From the NCBI GenBank assembly GCA_947496905.1, contig CANMEW010000001.1:1-35770 (forward strand): a DNA stretch of 35,770 bases, read 5' to 3'. The position numbers and the translations under genes are program-made. Shown here piece by piece: positions 1-9,478 of the stretch (position 1 is the stretch's first letter; each line of letters opens with the position of its first letter). A model generated the notes under the pieces. The model saw only the letters and a program-made list of their open reading frames with translations. It was not told the origin of the DNA and did no database searches. Source of the stretch: Rickettsiales bacterium (GTDB lineage Bacteria > Pseudomonadota > Alphaproteobacteria > Rickettsiales > UBA1997).

Positions 1-184
1 AAAAAAATTGACCGAAAACGCAAGTTAAAAAATAAATCGTCAGAACGAAAAGGTAGTGAAAAATCGAGAATTTCCGGTAGGCAAAAAAGATGAGAAGCGC
101 TGCTGTGATGAAACCCAAGCAAGGAATGGCAGAAAGAAGATTGGTGATTTTTTCAAGAAGTAACACTGGGTCGAATTCTGTCAT
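1..184 (-). CDS. hypothetical membrane protein, N-terminal fragment running off the window edge
   Basis: The minus-strand frame is open from ATG 184-182 (ATGA overlap with the glyQ stop) down to base 1. My translation is [61 protein letters not shown], which is strongly hydrophobic. It is absent from the ORF track because there is no in-window stop. It is not GlyS-like. Confidence 0.35.
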   Translation of the reverse strand, partial: MTEFDPVLLLEKITNLLSAIPCLGFITAALLIFFAYRKFSIFHYLFVLTIYFLTCVFGQFF

Positions 185-1038
185 GGTTTTGAAATAATTA
201 ATTCACACGAAGCCTTTACTAAAGCACGTATGCGAGAAATGTAGGAAGCTCGCTCATTGACGGAAATTGCGCCACGAGCATCAAGTAAGTTTAAAAAATG
301 ACTGGCTTTTAAAGCCTGTTCGTAGGCGGGGATTGGTAATTTTTTTTGCAGCAAATTTTGTGACTGCTGCTCCGCTTCAGCAAAATTTCTAAACAAAATT
401 TCGACGTTTGAATGTTCTAAAATGAAGGCGGAATTCTCGATTTCACTTTGCTTGAAGACGTCACCGTAGGAGATTTTTTCATCCCCCCCTTTGCCATTCC
501 AATTGATGTCAAAAACCGAATTAACCCCTTGGATGTGCATGGCGATGCGCTCAAGCCCGTAGGTAATTTCCCCAGCGATTAAATCGCATTCGATGCCACC
601 AATTTGCTGCATGTAGGTGAATTGTGAAATTTCCATGCCGTTGAACCAAACTTCCCAACCAAGTCCTGCAGCGCCAACAGAAGGGTTTTCCCAATCATCT
701 TCAACAAAACGAACATCATTACTTTTTGTGTTGAGCTCAATGAGATCAAGACTTTGCAAGTAAAGTTGCTTAATATTTTTTGGTGCCGGTTTGAGTAAAA
801 CTTGGAATTGGTAGTAGTGACTAAGGCGATTCGGATTGGCGGCATATCTAGCGTCAGTAGGTCTTCTGCTTGGTTGGACGTAAGCAACTTTCCACGGTTT
901 TTTACCAAGAACACGGAGAACTGTTGCTGGATGTAAAGTGCCAGCACCAACCTCAATGTCGATTGGCTGTAGGATTGCACAGCCTTGCGCCGCCCAAAAA
1001 GTCTGAAGGTCAAAAATAATTTGCTGGAAAGATTTCAT
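181..1038 (-). CDS. glyQ: glycine--tRNA ligase alpha subunit
   Basis: 285 aa. The N-terminus [37 protein letters not shown] and the overall length are typical of the GlyRS alpha chain. Confidence 0.95.
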   Translation of the reverse strand: MKSFQQIIFDLQTFWAAQGCAILQPIDIEVGAGTLHPATVLRVLGKKPWKVAYVQPSRRPTDARYAANPNRLSHYYQFQVLLKPAPKNIKQLYLQSLDLIELNTKSNDVRFVEDDWENPSVGAAGLGWEVWFNGMEISQFTYMQQIGGIECDLIAGEITYGLERIAMHIQGVNSVFDINWNGKGGDEKISYGDVFKQSEIENSAFILEHSNVEILFRNFAEAEQQSQNLLQKKLPIPAYEQALKASHFLNLLDARGAISVNERASYISRIRALVKASCELIISKP

Positions 1039-1050
1039 TTTTTGCTCACT

Positions 1051-1089
1051 TAAAAATTTCTCAAAAAAATCTAATTTTTAGAGGCGCCC
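1051..1089 (-). repeat. solo half-copy (one arm) of the family A palindromic element
   Basis: taaaaatttctcaaaaaaatctaatttttagaggcgccc matches the terminal ~40 bp of the full copies, for example 35059-35098. It lies in the 52-bp glyQ/thrC spacer. Confidence 0.6.
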
Positions 1090-1090
1090 T

Positions 1091-2509
1091 CTAGACATTT
1101 TCAGAAATGAATTTTCTGACTGAATCAATGTTGTTATCGACTATTTTGAATTTTTCTGGCGCGACAAGAATGCCTTTTAAAAAAGTTGGTAGAGTTGGAG
1201 CTGGAACCTTGGTATCAAATACCGCATCAGAAAATTTTGCTGGATGAGCTGTGGCCAAAGAGATTACAAATTCGTCAGCGTAATTTTCGCTTTTGATGAA
1301 TTCTTGCGAAGCGTGTACGCCAATTGCACTGTGCGGGTCAAGGATCTCGCCAGTTTTTTCAAAAATTTCTTTGATAGTTTTTTTGGTCTCCTCGTCTGAA
1401 ACCGCGTAAGCATCAAATTCTTTTTGGATGTTTTTGAGAATGCACTCATCAACTTTTAGCTTACCATTACGCTCAAATTCTTTCATTAATTCCGGCAATT
1501 TTGCTTCCAATTTTTGCTCCTTGTGCGCGTGAAAAAGTAACCTCTCGAAATTGCTTGAAACTTGGATATTCATGCTTGGAGAGATGGTCTCAATCATGTC
1601 TGATCTACTGTAATTATTTTCTTTGAGGAAGCGAGTGAGGATGTCATTTGCATTGGTTGCAATGACGAGTTTGTTAATGTTTAAGCCCATTTTTTTTGCT
1701 AAAAATCCGGCGTAAATGTCGCCAAAATTTCCACTTGGAACTGTGAATGAAATTGGATTTTTTTCGTCAAATCCAACTCTTAGCGCGGCATAAAAATAAT
1801 AGACAATTTGCGCTAAAATACGGGCGAAATTAATCGAATTAATCGCGACCATTTTTTTACCTTTCAGAAAAGATTTTCCTGCCGCCTCTTCGACAAACAT
1901 TCTTTTTACCATGTCCTGGCAATCGTCGAAATTTCCTTCCACCGCAATGTTAAAAACATTGTCGGCGAGCACCGTGGTCATTTGTCTTCTCTGAACTTCC
2001 GAAACTTTTTGGTGAGGGTGAAGAATAAAAATTTGTGCATTTTTACAAGATTTACATCCCCGAATTGCAGCCGATCCAGTGTCGCCAGAAGTTGCTCCAA
2101 TGATTACGATTTTTTCGCCACGTTTTTGCAGAAAATAATCGAGTAAATTTCCTAAAAATTGCAGAGCGAAATCTTTGAAGGCGAGAGTTGGTCCGTGAAA
2201 AAGTTCCAACAAAAATTGATTGTGACTCAGCTGTTTTAGAGGTGCGATGGCTTGGTGAGAAAAATTCTTGTAAGATTTTTCAACGATTTTTTTGTAAGTT
2301 TCTGGATCGATTTCGCCGTCAATAAAATGTTTTGTGACCTCGAAAAACAATTCTTCGTAGGTCATTTTTTTCATCTTTGAAAAATCTTTTTCATTCAACC
2401 TTGGCAAAAATTCTGGAACGTACAAACCGCCATCAGTCGCCAATCCTTGCAAGACAACTTCTTCAAAAGAAAGAGTGGGAGCGTTAAGTCTAGTTGAGAT
2501 GAATTTCAT
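1091..2509 (-). CDS. thrC: threonine synthase
   Basis: 472 aa. It has the PLP-lysine motif HGPTLAFKDFALQ and the glycine-rich ATSGDTGSAA loop. Confidence 0.93.
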   Translation of the reverse strand: MKFISTRLNAPTLSFEEVVLQGLATDGGLYVPEFLPRLNEKDFSKMKKMTYEELFFEVTKHFIDGEIDPETYKKIVEKSYKNFSHQAIAPLKQLSHNQFLLELFHGPTLAFKDFALQFLGNLLDYFLQKRGEKIVIIGATSGDTGSAAIRGCKSCKNAQIFILHPHQKVSEVQRRQMTTVLADNVFNIAVEGNFDDCQDMVKRMFVEEAAGKSFLKGKKMVAINSINFARILAQIVYYFYAALRVGFDEKNPISFTVPSGNFGDIYAGFLAKKMGLNINKLVIATNANDILTRFLKENNYSRSDMIETISPSMNIQVSSNFERLLFHAHKEQKLEAKLPELMKEFERNGKLKVDECILKNIQKEFDAYAVSDEETKKTIKEIFEKTGEILDPHSAIGVHASQEFIKSENYADEFVISLATAHPAKFSDAVFDTKVPAPTLPTFLKGILVAPEKFKIVDNNIDSVRKFISENV

Positions 2510-2566
2510 TTTAGTACTTTGGGGAATGATTTGATTTTTTAAGGTGAGCTTAGAGCGTGTCTTTAT

Positions 2567-2706
2567 GGCGCCTCTAAAAATTAGATTTTTTCGAGAAATT
2601 TTTAGGCATCCAAATTTTTGAGCAGGAAAGCGTACTACTTGTACGTGCTCGCGAAAAAATTTGGTAACGAAGAAATTACCGAAAAAAGCAATTTTTAGAG
2701 GTGCCC
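2567..2706 (+). mobile_element. family A MITE-like palindromic element (subtype with the ggcatccaaattttt core)
   Basis: Termini are ggcgcctctaaaaatt ... aatttttagaggtgccc. It is near-identical to the reverse-oriented copy at 34958-35098 and has a central gtac...gtac palindrome. ORF 2661-2945 is an artefact of this repeat. Confidence 0.75.
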
Positions 2707-2804
2707 GGAAGGCAAAGAGTCGCTTTTTGCCTCATCTACTCGCAAGTTTATTGGTTTTAAAAAAAGAGAGAGTTGCAATCGCTTCGCTCTTGTCGCGACT
2801 ATTT

Positions 2805-2903
2805 TTCTCTCAGAAAATTAAACCTATTGCGAATGCACGGATTTATTCCGTGCGTAGCAATTCGATCAGCACCAAATTTGAACGAAGTTCGAATTTGATT
2901 AAA
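2805..2903 (+). repeat. family C double-hairpin element (RPE-like), intergenic copy
   Basis: The core 2829-2903 matches the reverse complement of 24063-24137 inside pyrF at 66 of 75 positions (manual alignment). It contains the hairpins gcacgga-tttat-tccgtgc and aaatttgaac-gaa-gttcgaattt. Confidence 0.7.
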
Positions 2904-2938
2904 GCGCGGGCAAGTTACTTCAATCAATCAACAAGTCA

Positions 2939-3436
2939 ATGTTAGGGCAGATGCAGCAAGGAGACAGGCCCGATTACCTTTACCGTAGCGGAGTAGGAAT
3001 TACTCTCATCAATCAGAAAAAAGAAATTTTTGTTGGCAAAAGAATCGACAATAATTCTGACGCTTGGCAAATGCCGCAAGGTGGCATTGATGCTGGAGAA
3101 AGTGAGGATGAGGCGATGTTTCGTGAACTCAAAGAGGAGACAGGAATTCCTAATTTCGGCGTTAAAGTTTTGCAGAAAAGTCAGAAATATCACTACTACA
3201 ATTTGCCTTACAATTTACAGAAAAAATTTTGGGGTGGAAAATATTTAGGACAGAAACAGCGGTGGTATTTGGCGGAATTTATTGGCGATGAAAATCTGAT
3301 CGACATCCATTCTGAAGACCCAGAATTTTCGCATTGGAAATGGATTTCTCGCGACACAATTCTCAGATCCATCGTGGCTTTTAAGCGTGATCTTTACGAA
3401 GAAATTCTAACAGAATTTTCCAGATTTTTTAAATAA
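2939..3436 (+). CDS. rppH: RNA pyrophosphohydrolase (Nudix hydrolase)
   Basis: Nudix box GGIDAGESEDEAMFRELKEETGI. The size and the WQMPQGG context are typical of RppH/NudH. Confidence 0.85.
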   Translation: MLGQMQQGDRPDYLYRSGVGITLINQKKEIFVGKRIDNNSDAWQMPQGGIDAGESEDEAMFRELKEETGIPNFGVKVLQKSQKYHYYNLPYNLQKKFWGGKYLGQKQRWYLAEFIGDENLIDIHSEDPEFSHWKWISRDTILRSIVAFKRDLYEEILTEFSRFFK

Positions 3437-3847
3437 ATGAAACCAGAAATAAATTTTTACCAAGTCGATGAGACCATAATTAAAGCACTTGCACCGCTAC
3501 TTTTAAAAATTTTGGAAGAGGGAAAAAAAGCGTTAATTTTTTGCAGCGATCAAGCACAAATAAAAGCGATTGACGATTCCTTGTGGAGTTACGGACGCAG
3601 TAAATTCATTCCGCATGTGACAATTTCTGACAAGGATTTTTCTTTCGAACGTCAGCAAATTTTAATTTCCAACAAAGAGGAAAATTCCAATCAGGCCGAT
3701 TACTTAGTTTTTTTAAGCGAACCCTCTGCAAACTTTATTTCCAGCTTCTCTCGCGTTTTTTATTTTTTCGAAGAAGGGAAATTTTCTGCCCAATCAAAGC
3801 CAACAAATTTTTACAAAAAAGAGGATGGGAAATGGGTAAAAGTTTGA
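3437..3847 (+). CDS. holC: DNA polymerase III chi subunit
   Basis: 136 aa. The N-terminus NFYQV...ALAPLLLKILEEGKKALIFC...LWSY resembles HolC. It lies immediately after rppH. Confidence 0.75.
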   Translation: MKPEINFYQVDETIIKALAPLLLKILEEGKKALIFCSDQAQIKAIDDSLWSYGRSKFIPHVTISDKDFSFERQQILISNKEENSNQADYLVFLSEPSANFISSFSRVFYFFEEGKFSAQSKPTNFYKKEDGKWVKV

Positions 3848-4983
3848 AAATAAATTTTCTCTTAAAGTCGGTTTTAATCACTGCCATTCTACTCCTCCAA
3901 GCCTGCCTGTTCTACCCAAAAATTACCATTAGCGGCAAAGGTAATTTACGATTGAAGCAAGTTGATTTTGAGTCGCTTGATGCGTGGAAGGAAGATGATC
4001 ACAAGAAAGCGCTGCAAGCCTTTATTCACTCTTGCAGTAAATTTTCTAAAATGGCGCAGAACCGCTTAATTGGCGGTCAAATTGGTGAGATCACAGTTGG
4101 CGATTTCCGCGATGTTTGCGAAATTGCTCAGGTGGTAAAAACCATGAGTGCGAAGCAAATCAAAAATTTCTTCGAAAATTGGTTTAAGCCATTCTTAGTT
4201 GAAACCAGAGCTGGCAAGAGCGGCGGGGTATTTACTGGCTATTACGAAGCATCGCTAAATGGCAGTAAAGTTAGGACTGAAAAATTCAAATATCCCATTT
4301 ACGCCAAACCAAATGATCTTGCCGCCGACCCTTATTTAAGTCGGAAAGAAATCGAGGATGGTGCGTTGAAGGACAAGCATCTTGAGCTGCTCTATGTTGA
4401 TGACAAAATTGATCTTTTTTTCATGCATATCCAAGGATCTGGTCGCGTAAAAATGCCAGACGGAGTTGAGCTGCGCGTCGCCTATGCCGGCAGGAATAAT
4501 CAACCATTTACAGCGGTTGCAAATTACATGCTTGATCACGGAATGCTTGAGCGCGGCAATCTCAACTCCGCTACGGTGAAGGAATGGATGAAAAATAATC
4601 TAGACAAAGCTGACGAAGTGATGAATGTGAACGCCGCCTACACATTCTTCAAAATTTCTGACGGTGAATATGTTGTTGGTGGACAAGGCGTGCCACTTAC
4701 GCAGGAGAGGTCTTTGGCAATTGACAGCGATGTCATTCCTTACGGGTTTCCGATGTGGGTTGAAACTAGCTTGAAAAAAAATGGCGTCTTGTTGAAGGAA
4801 AAATATTCCCACCTTTTTGTTGCTCAGGATACTGGCTCAGCAATCAAAGGAATTGTTCGCGGCGACATCTTTTTTGGATATGGTAAGGAGGCTGAAGAAA
4901 AGGCCTACTACATGGCCTCGCAAGGAAAATATTTCATCCTGCTACCAATCAATATTGTCGATAAAATAACCAACACGCGGTGA
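3832..4983 (+). CDS. mltA: membrane-bound lytic murein transglycosylase A
   Basis: 383 aa. It has a lipoprotein-type signal (LLLQAC) and the MltA/3D-domain motifs HIQGSGRV and DTGSAIKG..RGDIFFG. Confidence 0.85.
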   Translation: MGKSLKINFLLKSVLITAILLLQACLFYPKITISGKGNLRLKQVDFESLDAWKEDDHKKALQAFIHSCSKFSKMAQNRLIGGQIGEITVGDFRDVCEIAQVVKTMSAKQIKNFFENWFKPFLVETRAGKSGGVFTGYYEASLNGSKVRTEKFKYPIYAKPNDLAADPYLSRKEIEDGALKDKHLELLYVDDKIDLFFMHIQGSGRVKMPDGVELRVAYAGRNNQPFTAVANYMLDHGMLERGNLNSATVKEWMKNNLDKADEVMNVNAAYTFFKISDGEYVVGGQGVPLTQERSLAIDSDVIPYGFPMWVETSLKKNGVLLKEKYSHLFVAQDTGSAIKGIVRGDIFFGYGKEAEEKAYYMASQGKYFILLPINIVDKITNTR

Positions 4984-4986
4984 GGA

Positions 4987-5271
4987 ATGCTGTTAAAACT
5001 TTTGCTAAAAATTTGGCCATCTTTGGCGCCAATCATCCTCTACATTTTTTGGGTTTGGCTGGTAAAATTTTTGAAGAAAAAAAATCCAAAAAAAGATTGG
5101 ATTGATGCGGAGAAAGTTGTCGGTGAGAAATCAACGGCAGACCAAGTTGAAGATCAGAAATCAGAAGAAAAATTTGGTAAATTTTCACTGCAAAATCCTT
5201 GTTTCGTTGCCGTACTTTACGTCAGTTTAATTTTAGCAATCATCACTTTGTTGGTGACGGCTTTTTACTAG
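4987..5271 (+). CDS. hypothetical small membrane protein
   Basis: 94 aa with hydrophobic segments at both ends and a charged middle. It is tightly spaced after mltA. I recognise no family. Confidence 0.45.
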   Translation: MLLKLLLKIWPSLAPIILYIFWVWLVKFLKKKNPKKDWIDAEKVVGEKSTADQVEDQKSEEKFGKFSLQNPCFVAVLYVSLILAIITLLVTAFY

Positions 5272-5440
5272 TTGCATTTTTTTAGTAGGTTCCTAGAAAG
5301 CGCGCCCCGCCTACATCTTCAAGTCTCAAGTCCATTTTCATTTTTATCCCACAAATAGCTGCGTTTTGGTGCGCTAACTCAAATTTTTTTTGGTCGGCGT
5401 TTTGCGGCTTTTTGGTAAACAACCAAATATTTTTAATCAC

Positions 5441-6457
5441 ATGTCAAATACAGAACTCCCTACTTTCACCATCAAACAACTTCTAGAAGCTGGCGTCCAT
5501 TTCGGTCACAAGACCATGCGTCGCAATCCTAAAATGGCAAAATATGTCCATGCAAACCGCAATGGCATTAGCATCATTGACCTCACTAAAACCGCATATC
5601 TTCTCCAAAATTCACTGAAAACCGTAAAGGAAATTGCTAAAAATAACGGGCGCATTCTTTTCGTTGGAACTAAGAAACAAGCGATTGAGCCAATTGCCGA
5701 AGCGGCAAAAAGATGCGGCCAATATTACGTCAATTTCAGATGGCTTGGTGGTATGCTTACCAATTGGAAAACCATTTCAAAATCGATCAAAACTCTAAAG
5801 AAAATCGAAGAGCAACTTGCTGACACTGAAGTTGGTTACAGCAAAAAGGAAAAATTGGTTTTGGAAAGACAAAGGCTGAAGCTTGAACAAGCTTTGGGTG
5901 GCATCAAAAATATGGGTGGTTATCCAGATTTAGTTTTCGTCATCGATACTTTTAAAGAGTCTCTAGCAATTGCTGAAGCCAAGACGCTCAACATTCCAAT
6001 CATGGCAGTTCTTGATTCCAACTGCAATCCAACTGGCATTACCTTTCCAATTCCTGGCAATGACGATTCGGCAAAATCAATCAAACTTTACTGCAATTTA
6101 ATTTCTGACGCTGCCATTGCTGGCACCAAAGAAAACATGAAAATTGCTGGTGTGAACATGGCCAAATTCGATGGCGAAGAATTGCCTGCAAATATCCGTG
6201 ATTTGAGCAAGTCTGTCACTAAAGAAGCAGAAAAAAAATCAGCCAATAAAAGTGAAAAGTCTGGCGAGAAAAAAGCCGATGACGTCACAAAAGAAGCTCC
6301 AAAAAAGAAGGTAGTTGTAAAAAAAGTAGAAGAGAAAGTTGAAGAAAGATCCGAAGAAAAATCGGTAAAACCAGCTGCCAAAAAAGAGGAAGTGAAAAAA
6401 CCTGCGGTAAAAAAATCAGCAACAAAACCAGCTGCAAAAGCGACAACAAAAAAATAA
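5441..6457 (+). CDS. rpsB: 30S ribosomal protein S2 with a Lys/Glu/Ala-rich C-terminal extension
   Basis: Start chosen at ATG 5441 (MSNTELPTFTIKQLLEAGVHFGH, the S2 signature). The upstream part of the track ORF is not S2-like. The tail from about 6190 is low-complexity KKxxVKK/PAAK. Confidence 0.92.
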   Translation: MSNTELPTFTIKQLLEAGVHFGHKTMRRNPKMAKYVHANRNGISIIDLTKTAYLLQNSLKTVKEIAKNNGRILFVGTKKQAIEPIAEAAKRCGQYYVNFRWLGGMLTNWKTISKSIKTLKKIEEQLADTEVGYSKKEKLVLERQRLKLEQALGGIKNMGGYPDLVFVIDTFKESLAIAEAKTLNIPIMAVLDSNCNPTGITFPIPGNDDSAKSIKLYCNLISDAAIAGTKENMKIAGVNMAKFDGEELPANIRDLSKSVTKEAEKKSANKSEKSGEKKADDVTKEAPKKKVVVKKVEEKVEERSEEKSVKPAAKKEEVKKPAVKKSATKPAAKATTKK

Positions 6458-6478
6458 CCCCATTAAATTTTACAAATC

Positions 6479-7369
6479 ATGGCAGATCTATCTCTAATAA
6501 AAAAACTACGCGAAGCCACTGGATGCGGAATCTCCGACTGCAACAAGGCATTGGCTGAAAATGCTGACGACTTTGAGAAATCGGTTGATTGGCTACGTAA
6601 AAAAGGCCTTTCTTCAGCAGCAAAAAAAACCGGACGCATCACTTCCGAAGGTGCTGTTGCAGTGTTTGTTGCTGGTAACAAGGCTTCAATTGTGGAAGTA
6701 AATTCTGAAACTGACTTCGTTGCTCGTAATCAAAAATTCCAAGAATTCGTTGCTTCCGTTGCCAAGGAAGCAATCACATTTGGCGACGACATTGTAAAAT
6801 TTCAGGCCGCAAAAGACGAAGATGTAAAAACACAAATTGGTATTATTGGCGAAAATATTAACATTCGTCGTATTGCCAATGTGTCAGTTGCAAATGGCTC
6901 GATTGTAAGCTACATCCACAATGCCACCGCTCCAAATATTGGAAAAATTGCAGTTCTTGTTGCGCTTGAGTCTGCTGCATCAAAAGACAAGTTGGAAAAT
7001 TTTGGTAAGCAAATTGCGATGCACATCGCCGCTGCAAAACCAGAAGCTCTTTCAATTAATCTCGTCGATCCAAGCAGATTAGCGCGTGAGACCGATGTTC
7101 TAAAAGAACAAGCTCGCGCTTCAGGCAAGCCAGAAAGCATCATCGACAAAATGATCGAGGGCAGAATCAGAAAATATTACGAAGAGGTGGTTCTCTTGGA
7201 ACAGCTTTTTGTGATGGATGACAAGGTAAAAATTAAAGACCTAATCTCCACCTTCAGCAAAGAAAATGGCGAAACCAAAATTTCAGATTTCAAACTTTTT
7301 ATTCTAGGCGAAGGTATCGAGAAAAAAGAAAATGACTTTGCTGCTGAAGTGGCGGCAATGACAAAATAA
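6479..7369 (+). CDS. tsf: elongation factor Ts
   Basis: 296 aa. The N-terminal UBA-like LIKKLREATGCGISDCNKAL and TDFVARN motifs are present. It follows rpsB as in most bacteria. Confidence 0.95.
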   Translation: MADLSLIKKLREATGCGISDCNKALAENADDFEKSVDWLRKKGLSSAAKKTGRITSEGAVAVFVAGNKASIVEVNSETDFVARNQKFQEFVASVAKEAITFGDDIVKFQAAKDEDVKTQIGIIGENINIRRIANVSVANGSIVSYIHNATAPNIGKIAVLVALESAASKDKLENFGKQIAMHIAAAKPEALSINLVDPSRLARETDVLKEQARASGKPESIIDKMIEGRIRKYYEEVVLLEQLFVMDDKVKIKDLISTFSKENGETKISDFKLFILGEGIEKKENDFAAEVAAMTK

Positions 7370-7399
7370 AAAAATGCCTCGAAAGAGGCATTTTTTTTG
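7369..7399 (+). terminator. intrinsic terminator after tsf
   Basis: aaaaatgcctc-gaaa-gaggcattttttttg: a 7-bp GC-containing stem and GAAA loop followed by a T run, directly after the tsf stop. Confidence 0.7.
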
Positions 7400-7460
7400 C
7401 CATCTCAGAACTTCCTCCAAACCTCCAGAGTCTCTCCCACAAAATTTCCCAAATTGCAAT

Positions 7461-8183
7461 ATGCCCGACAAACCTGATCTTAAGTTTAAGCGCATTCTTT
7501 TCAAAGTTTCCGGTGAAGCGATGATGGGGGAGAAAGCCTTTGGTCATGACTCAGAGGCAATTAAAAAAATCTGCAACCAGGTAATTTCGGCTTACAAATT
7601 GGGCTGCGAAATTTGCATCGTTGTCGGCGGTGGAAATATTTTTCGCGGCGTTTCTGAAGCGGCAAAATCCATTGAAAGAGTCACTGCAGACTACATGGGA
7701 ATGCTTGCAACCTGCATCAATGGTTTGGCGCTGCAAAGTGCTCTTGAAAAAAATGGCGTCGACACTCGCATGCTTTCTGCAATCACCATGAATAGTGTTT
7801 GCGAGCCTTACATCAAGCGTCGCGCCGCACGCCACTTAGAAAAAGGTCGCGTCATTATTTTCTCTGCAGGTACCGGTAATCCATTTTTTACTACCGACAC
7901 CGCGGCAGTGCTGCGCGCTGTTGAGATGGGATGTGATGGAATTTTGAAGGGAACCCAAGTTGATGGCGTCTATTCTGCCGATCCTAAAATTGACAAAAAT
8001 GCCATTCGCTACGACGTGGTGAGCTACATCGATGTTCTTAAGCAAGACCTCAAGGTCATGGACCAAACCGCAATTACCCTCGCTAAAAGCAACAAATTGC
8101 CAATCGTGGTTTTCTCAATCAAAGAAGAAAACGCGCTGCAAGACGTGGTGTGCGGCAAGGGTAAATTCACAATCATTAATTAA
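7461..8183 (+). CDS. pyrH: UMP kinase
   Basis: Start chosen at ATG 7461 (MPDKPDLKFKRILFKVSGEA). Motifs VVGGGNIFRG and FSAGTGNPFFTTD are present. The track start at 7374 lies inside the tsf terminator. Confidence 0.92.
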   Translation: MPDKPDLKFKRILFKVSGEAMMGEKAFGHDSEAIKKICNQVISAYKLGCEICIVVGGGNIFRGVSEAAKSIERVTADYMGMLATCINGLALQSALEKNGVDTRMLSAITMNSVCEPYIKRRAARHLEKGRVIIFSAGTGNPFFTTDTAAVLRAVEMGCDGILKGTQVDGVYSADPKIDKNAIRYDVVSYIDVLKQDLKVMDQTAITLAKSNKLPIVVFSIKEENALQDVVCGKGKFTIIN

Positions 8184-8186
8184 TTT

Positions 8187-8738
8187 ATGATCAACGAACT
8201 ACTAGACAAAGCGCATAAAAAAATGGATGACACCATGCACTCATTGAAGAGGGACATGGACAGTATTTCAACCGGCAGAGCATCGCCATTACTACTCGAT
8301 CACGTCAAAGCCGAAGTCTACGGCAACCTCATGGCGCTGTCACAAATTTCTAGCATCTCCGTTCCGGAAGCTACTACTCTGTCTATTCAGGTTTGGGATC
8401 GTGAAAATGTTAAGGCTGTTGAGAAGGCGATCATCAATTCAAATCTTGGATTTAATCCTCTTGTTGATGGCACCACCATTCGCATCATGATTCCAAAACT
8501 AAGCGAAGAGCGCAGGAAGGACCTGGTAAAGCTAGCCAAAAAATATGGCGAAGACAAAAAAATTGCCATTCGCAATATTCGCCGCGACGTTCTCGATGAT
8601 TTCAAAAAAAATGAAAAAGAGCTCGGAAAGGATCAGGCTCACTCTTTCACGGACATCATCCAAAAAATTACCGACGATTTTATTAAAAAAATCGACGAGG
8701 TAGTCGCGGTAAAAGAAAAAGATTTGATGAAAGTCTAA
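8187..8738 (+). CDS. frr: ribosome recycling factor
   Basis: 183 aa. The sequence is typical RRF (...IRIMIPKLSEERRKDLVK...IRNIRRD). Confidence 0.95.
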   Translation: MINELLDKAHKKMDDTMHSLKRDMDSISTGRASPLLLDHVKAEVYGNLMALSQISSISVPEATTLSIQVWDRENVKAVEKAIINSNLGFNPLVDGTTIRIMIPKLSEERRKDLVKLAKKYGEDKKIAIRNIRRDVLDDFKKNEKELGKDQAHSFTDIIQKITDDFIKKIDEVVAVKEKDLMKV

Positions 8739-9478
8739 TGTTCTTTTTTACAAAGAAAAAAGTGGATGTGGCCAACGGCCTCATCATTCCTCAGCATGTT
8801 GCAATCATCATGGATGGCAATGCCAGATGGGCGCAGTCAAAAAATCTTCCGCTGAAAGTTGGTCACAAAATTGGCTCAGAAAATCTACAAAAAGTCGCTG
8901 AAAGTTGCATCGAGATCGGAATAAAATATCTCACAGTTTACGCCTTCTCCTCTGAAAATTGGGATCGACCGCAAGATGAAGTGAATTACCTAATGCAGCT
9001 GCTCGATGAATATCTCGAAAGAGAAGCAAAATCTTTGATGGAGAAGGATGTAAAAATTGTGATCTCCGGCAATCTGCAAAAAATTTCAGAACCCACAAAA
9101 TTAAAAATTCACAACATCCAAAATCTAACCAAACACAACAAAGCTTTATTTTTGAATGTCGCTTTTAGTTACGGATCAAGACAGGAAATTGTTGATGCGG
9201 CAAAAAAAATATCTGCCGGCGTGAAGGATGGAAAAATTAATTTGGATCAAATCAGCGAGGAGCTTTTCGCTCAAAATCTTTACCACGCAGAAATACCAGA
9301 CCCAGATTTAATCATTAGAACTGCTGGCGATTCAAGGCTCAGCAATTTTTTACTGTGGCAAGCGGCTTACGCAGAACTCTATTTTACAAAAACTTACTGG
9401 CCTAGCTTTGGTAAAAAAGATTTGCTCTTGGCAATCAATGATTTCAACAAAAGGGAACGAAAATATGGTAAAAGGTAA
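8738..9478 (+). CDS. uppS: undecaprenyl-diphosphate synthase
   Basis: Motifs HVAIIMDGNARWA and IRTAGDSRLSNFLLWQAAYAELYF. Confidence 0.93.
   Translation: MFFFTKKKVDVANGLIIPQHVAIIMDGNARWAQSKNLPLKVGHKIGSENLQKVAESCIEIGIKYLTVYAFSSENWDRPQDEVNYLMQLLDEYLEREAKSLMEKDVKIVISGNLQKISEPTKLKIHNIQNLTKHNKALFLNVAFSYGSRQEIVDAAKKISAGVKDGKINLDQISEELFAQNLYHAEIPDPDLIIRTAGDSRLSNFLLWQAAYAELYFTKTYWPSFGKKDLLLAINDFNKRERKYGKR

Noticed and set aside
2661-2945. 94-aa ORF in the thrC-rppH spacer
   Set aside because: It is assembled entirely from the right arm of a family A element and the family C element. Its similarity to the pyrF insert is at the nucleotide-repeat level, and it has a TTG start with no gene-like context.
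5390-5440. Longer N-terminal extensions offered by the ORF track for rpsB (5390), pyrH (7374), htrA (11249), ccmG (23273), the lipoprotein (32520), the repeat protein (22213) and queH (31888)
   Set aside because: In each case an internal ATG gives the canonical N-terminus or a proper signal peptide. The upstream part overlaps terminators, repeats or neighbouring genes.
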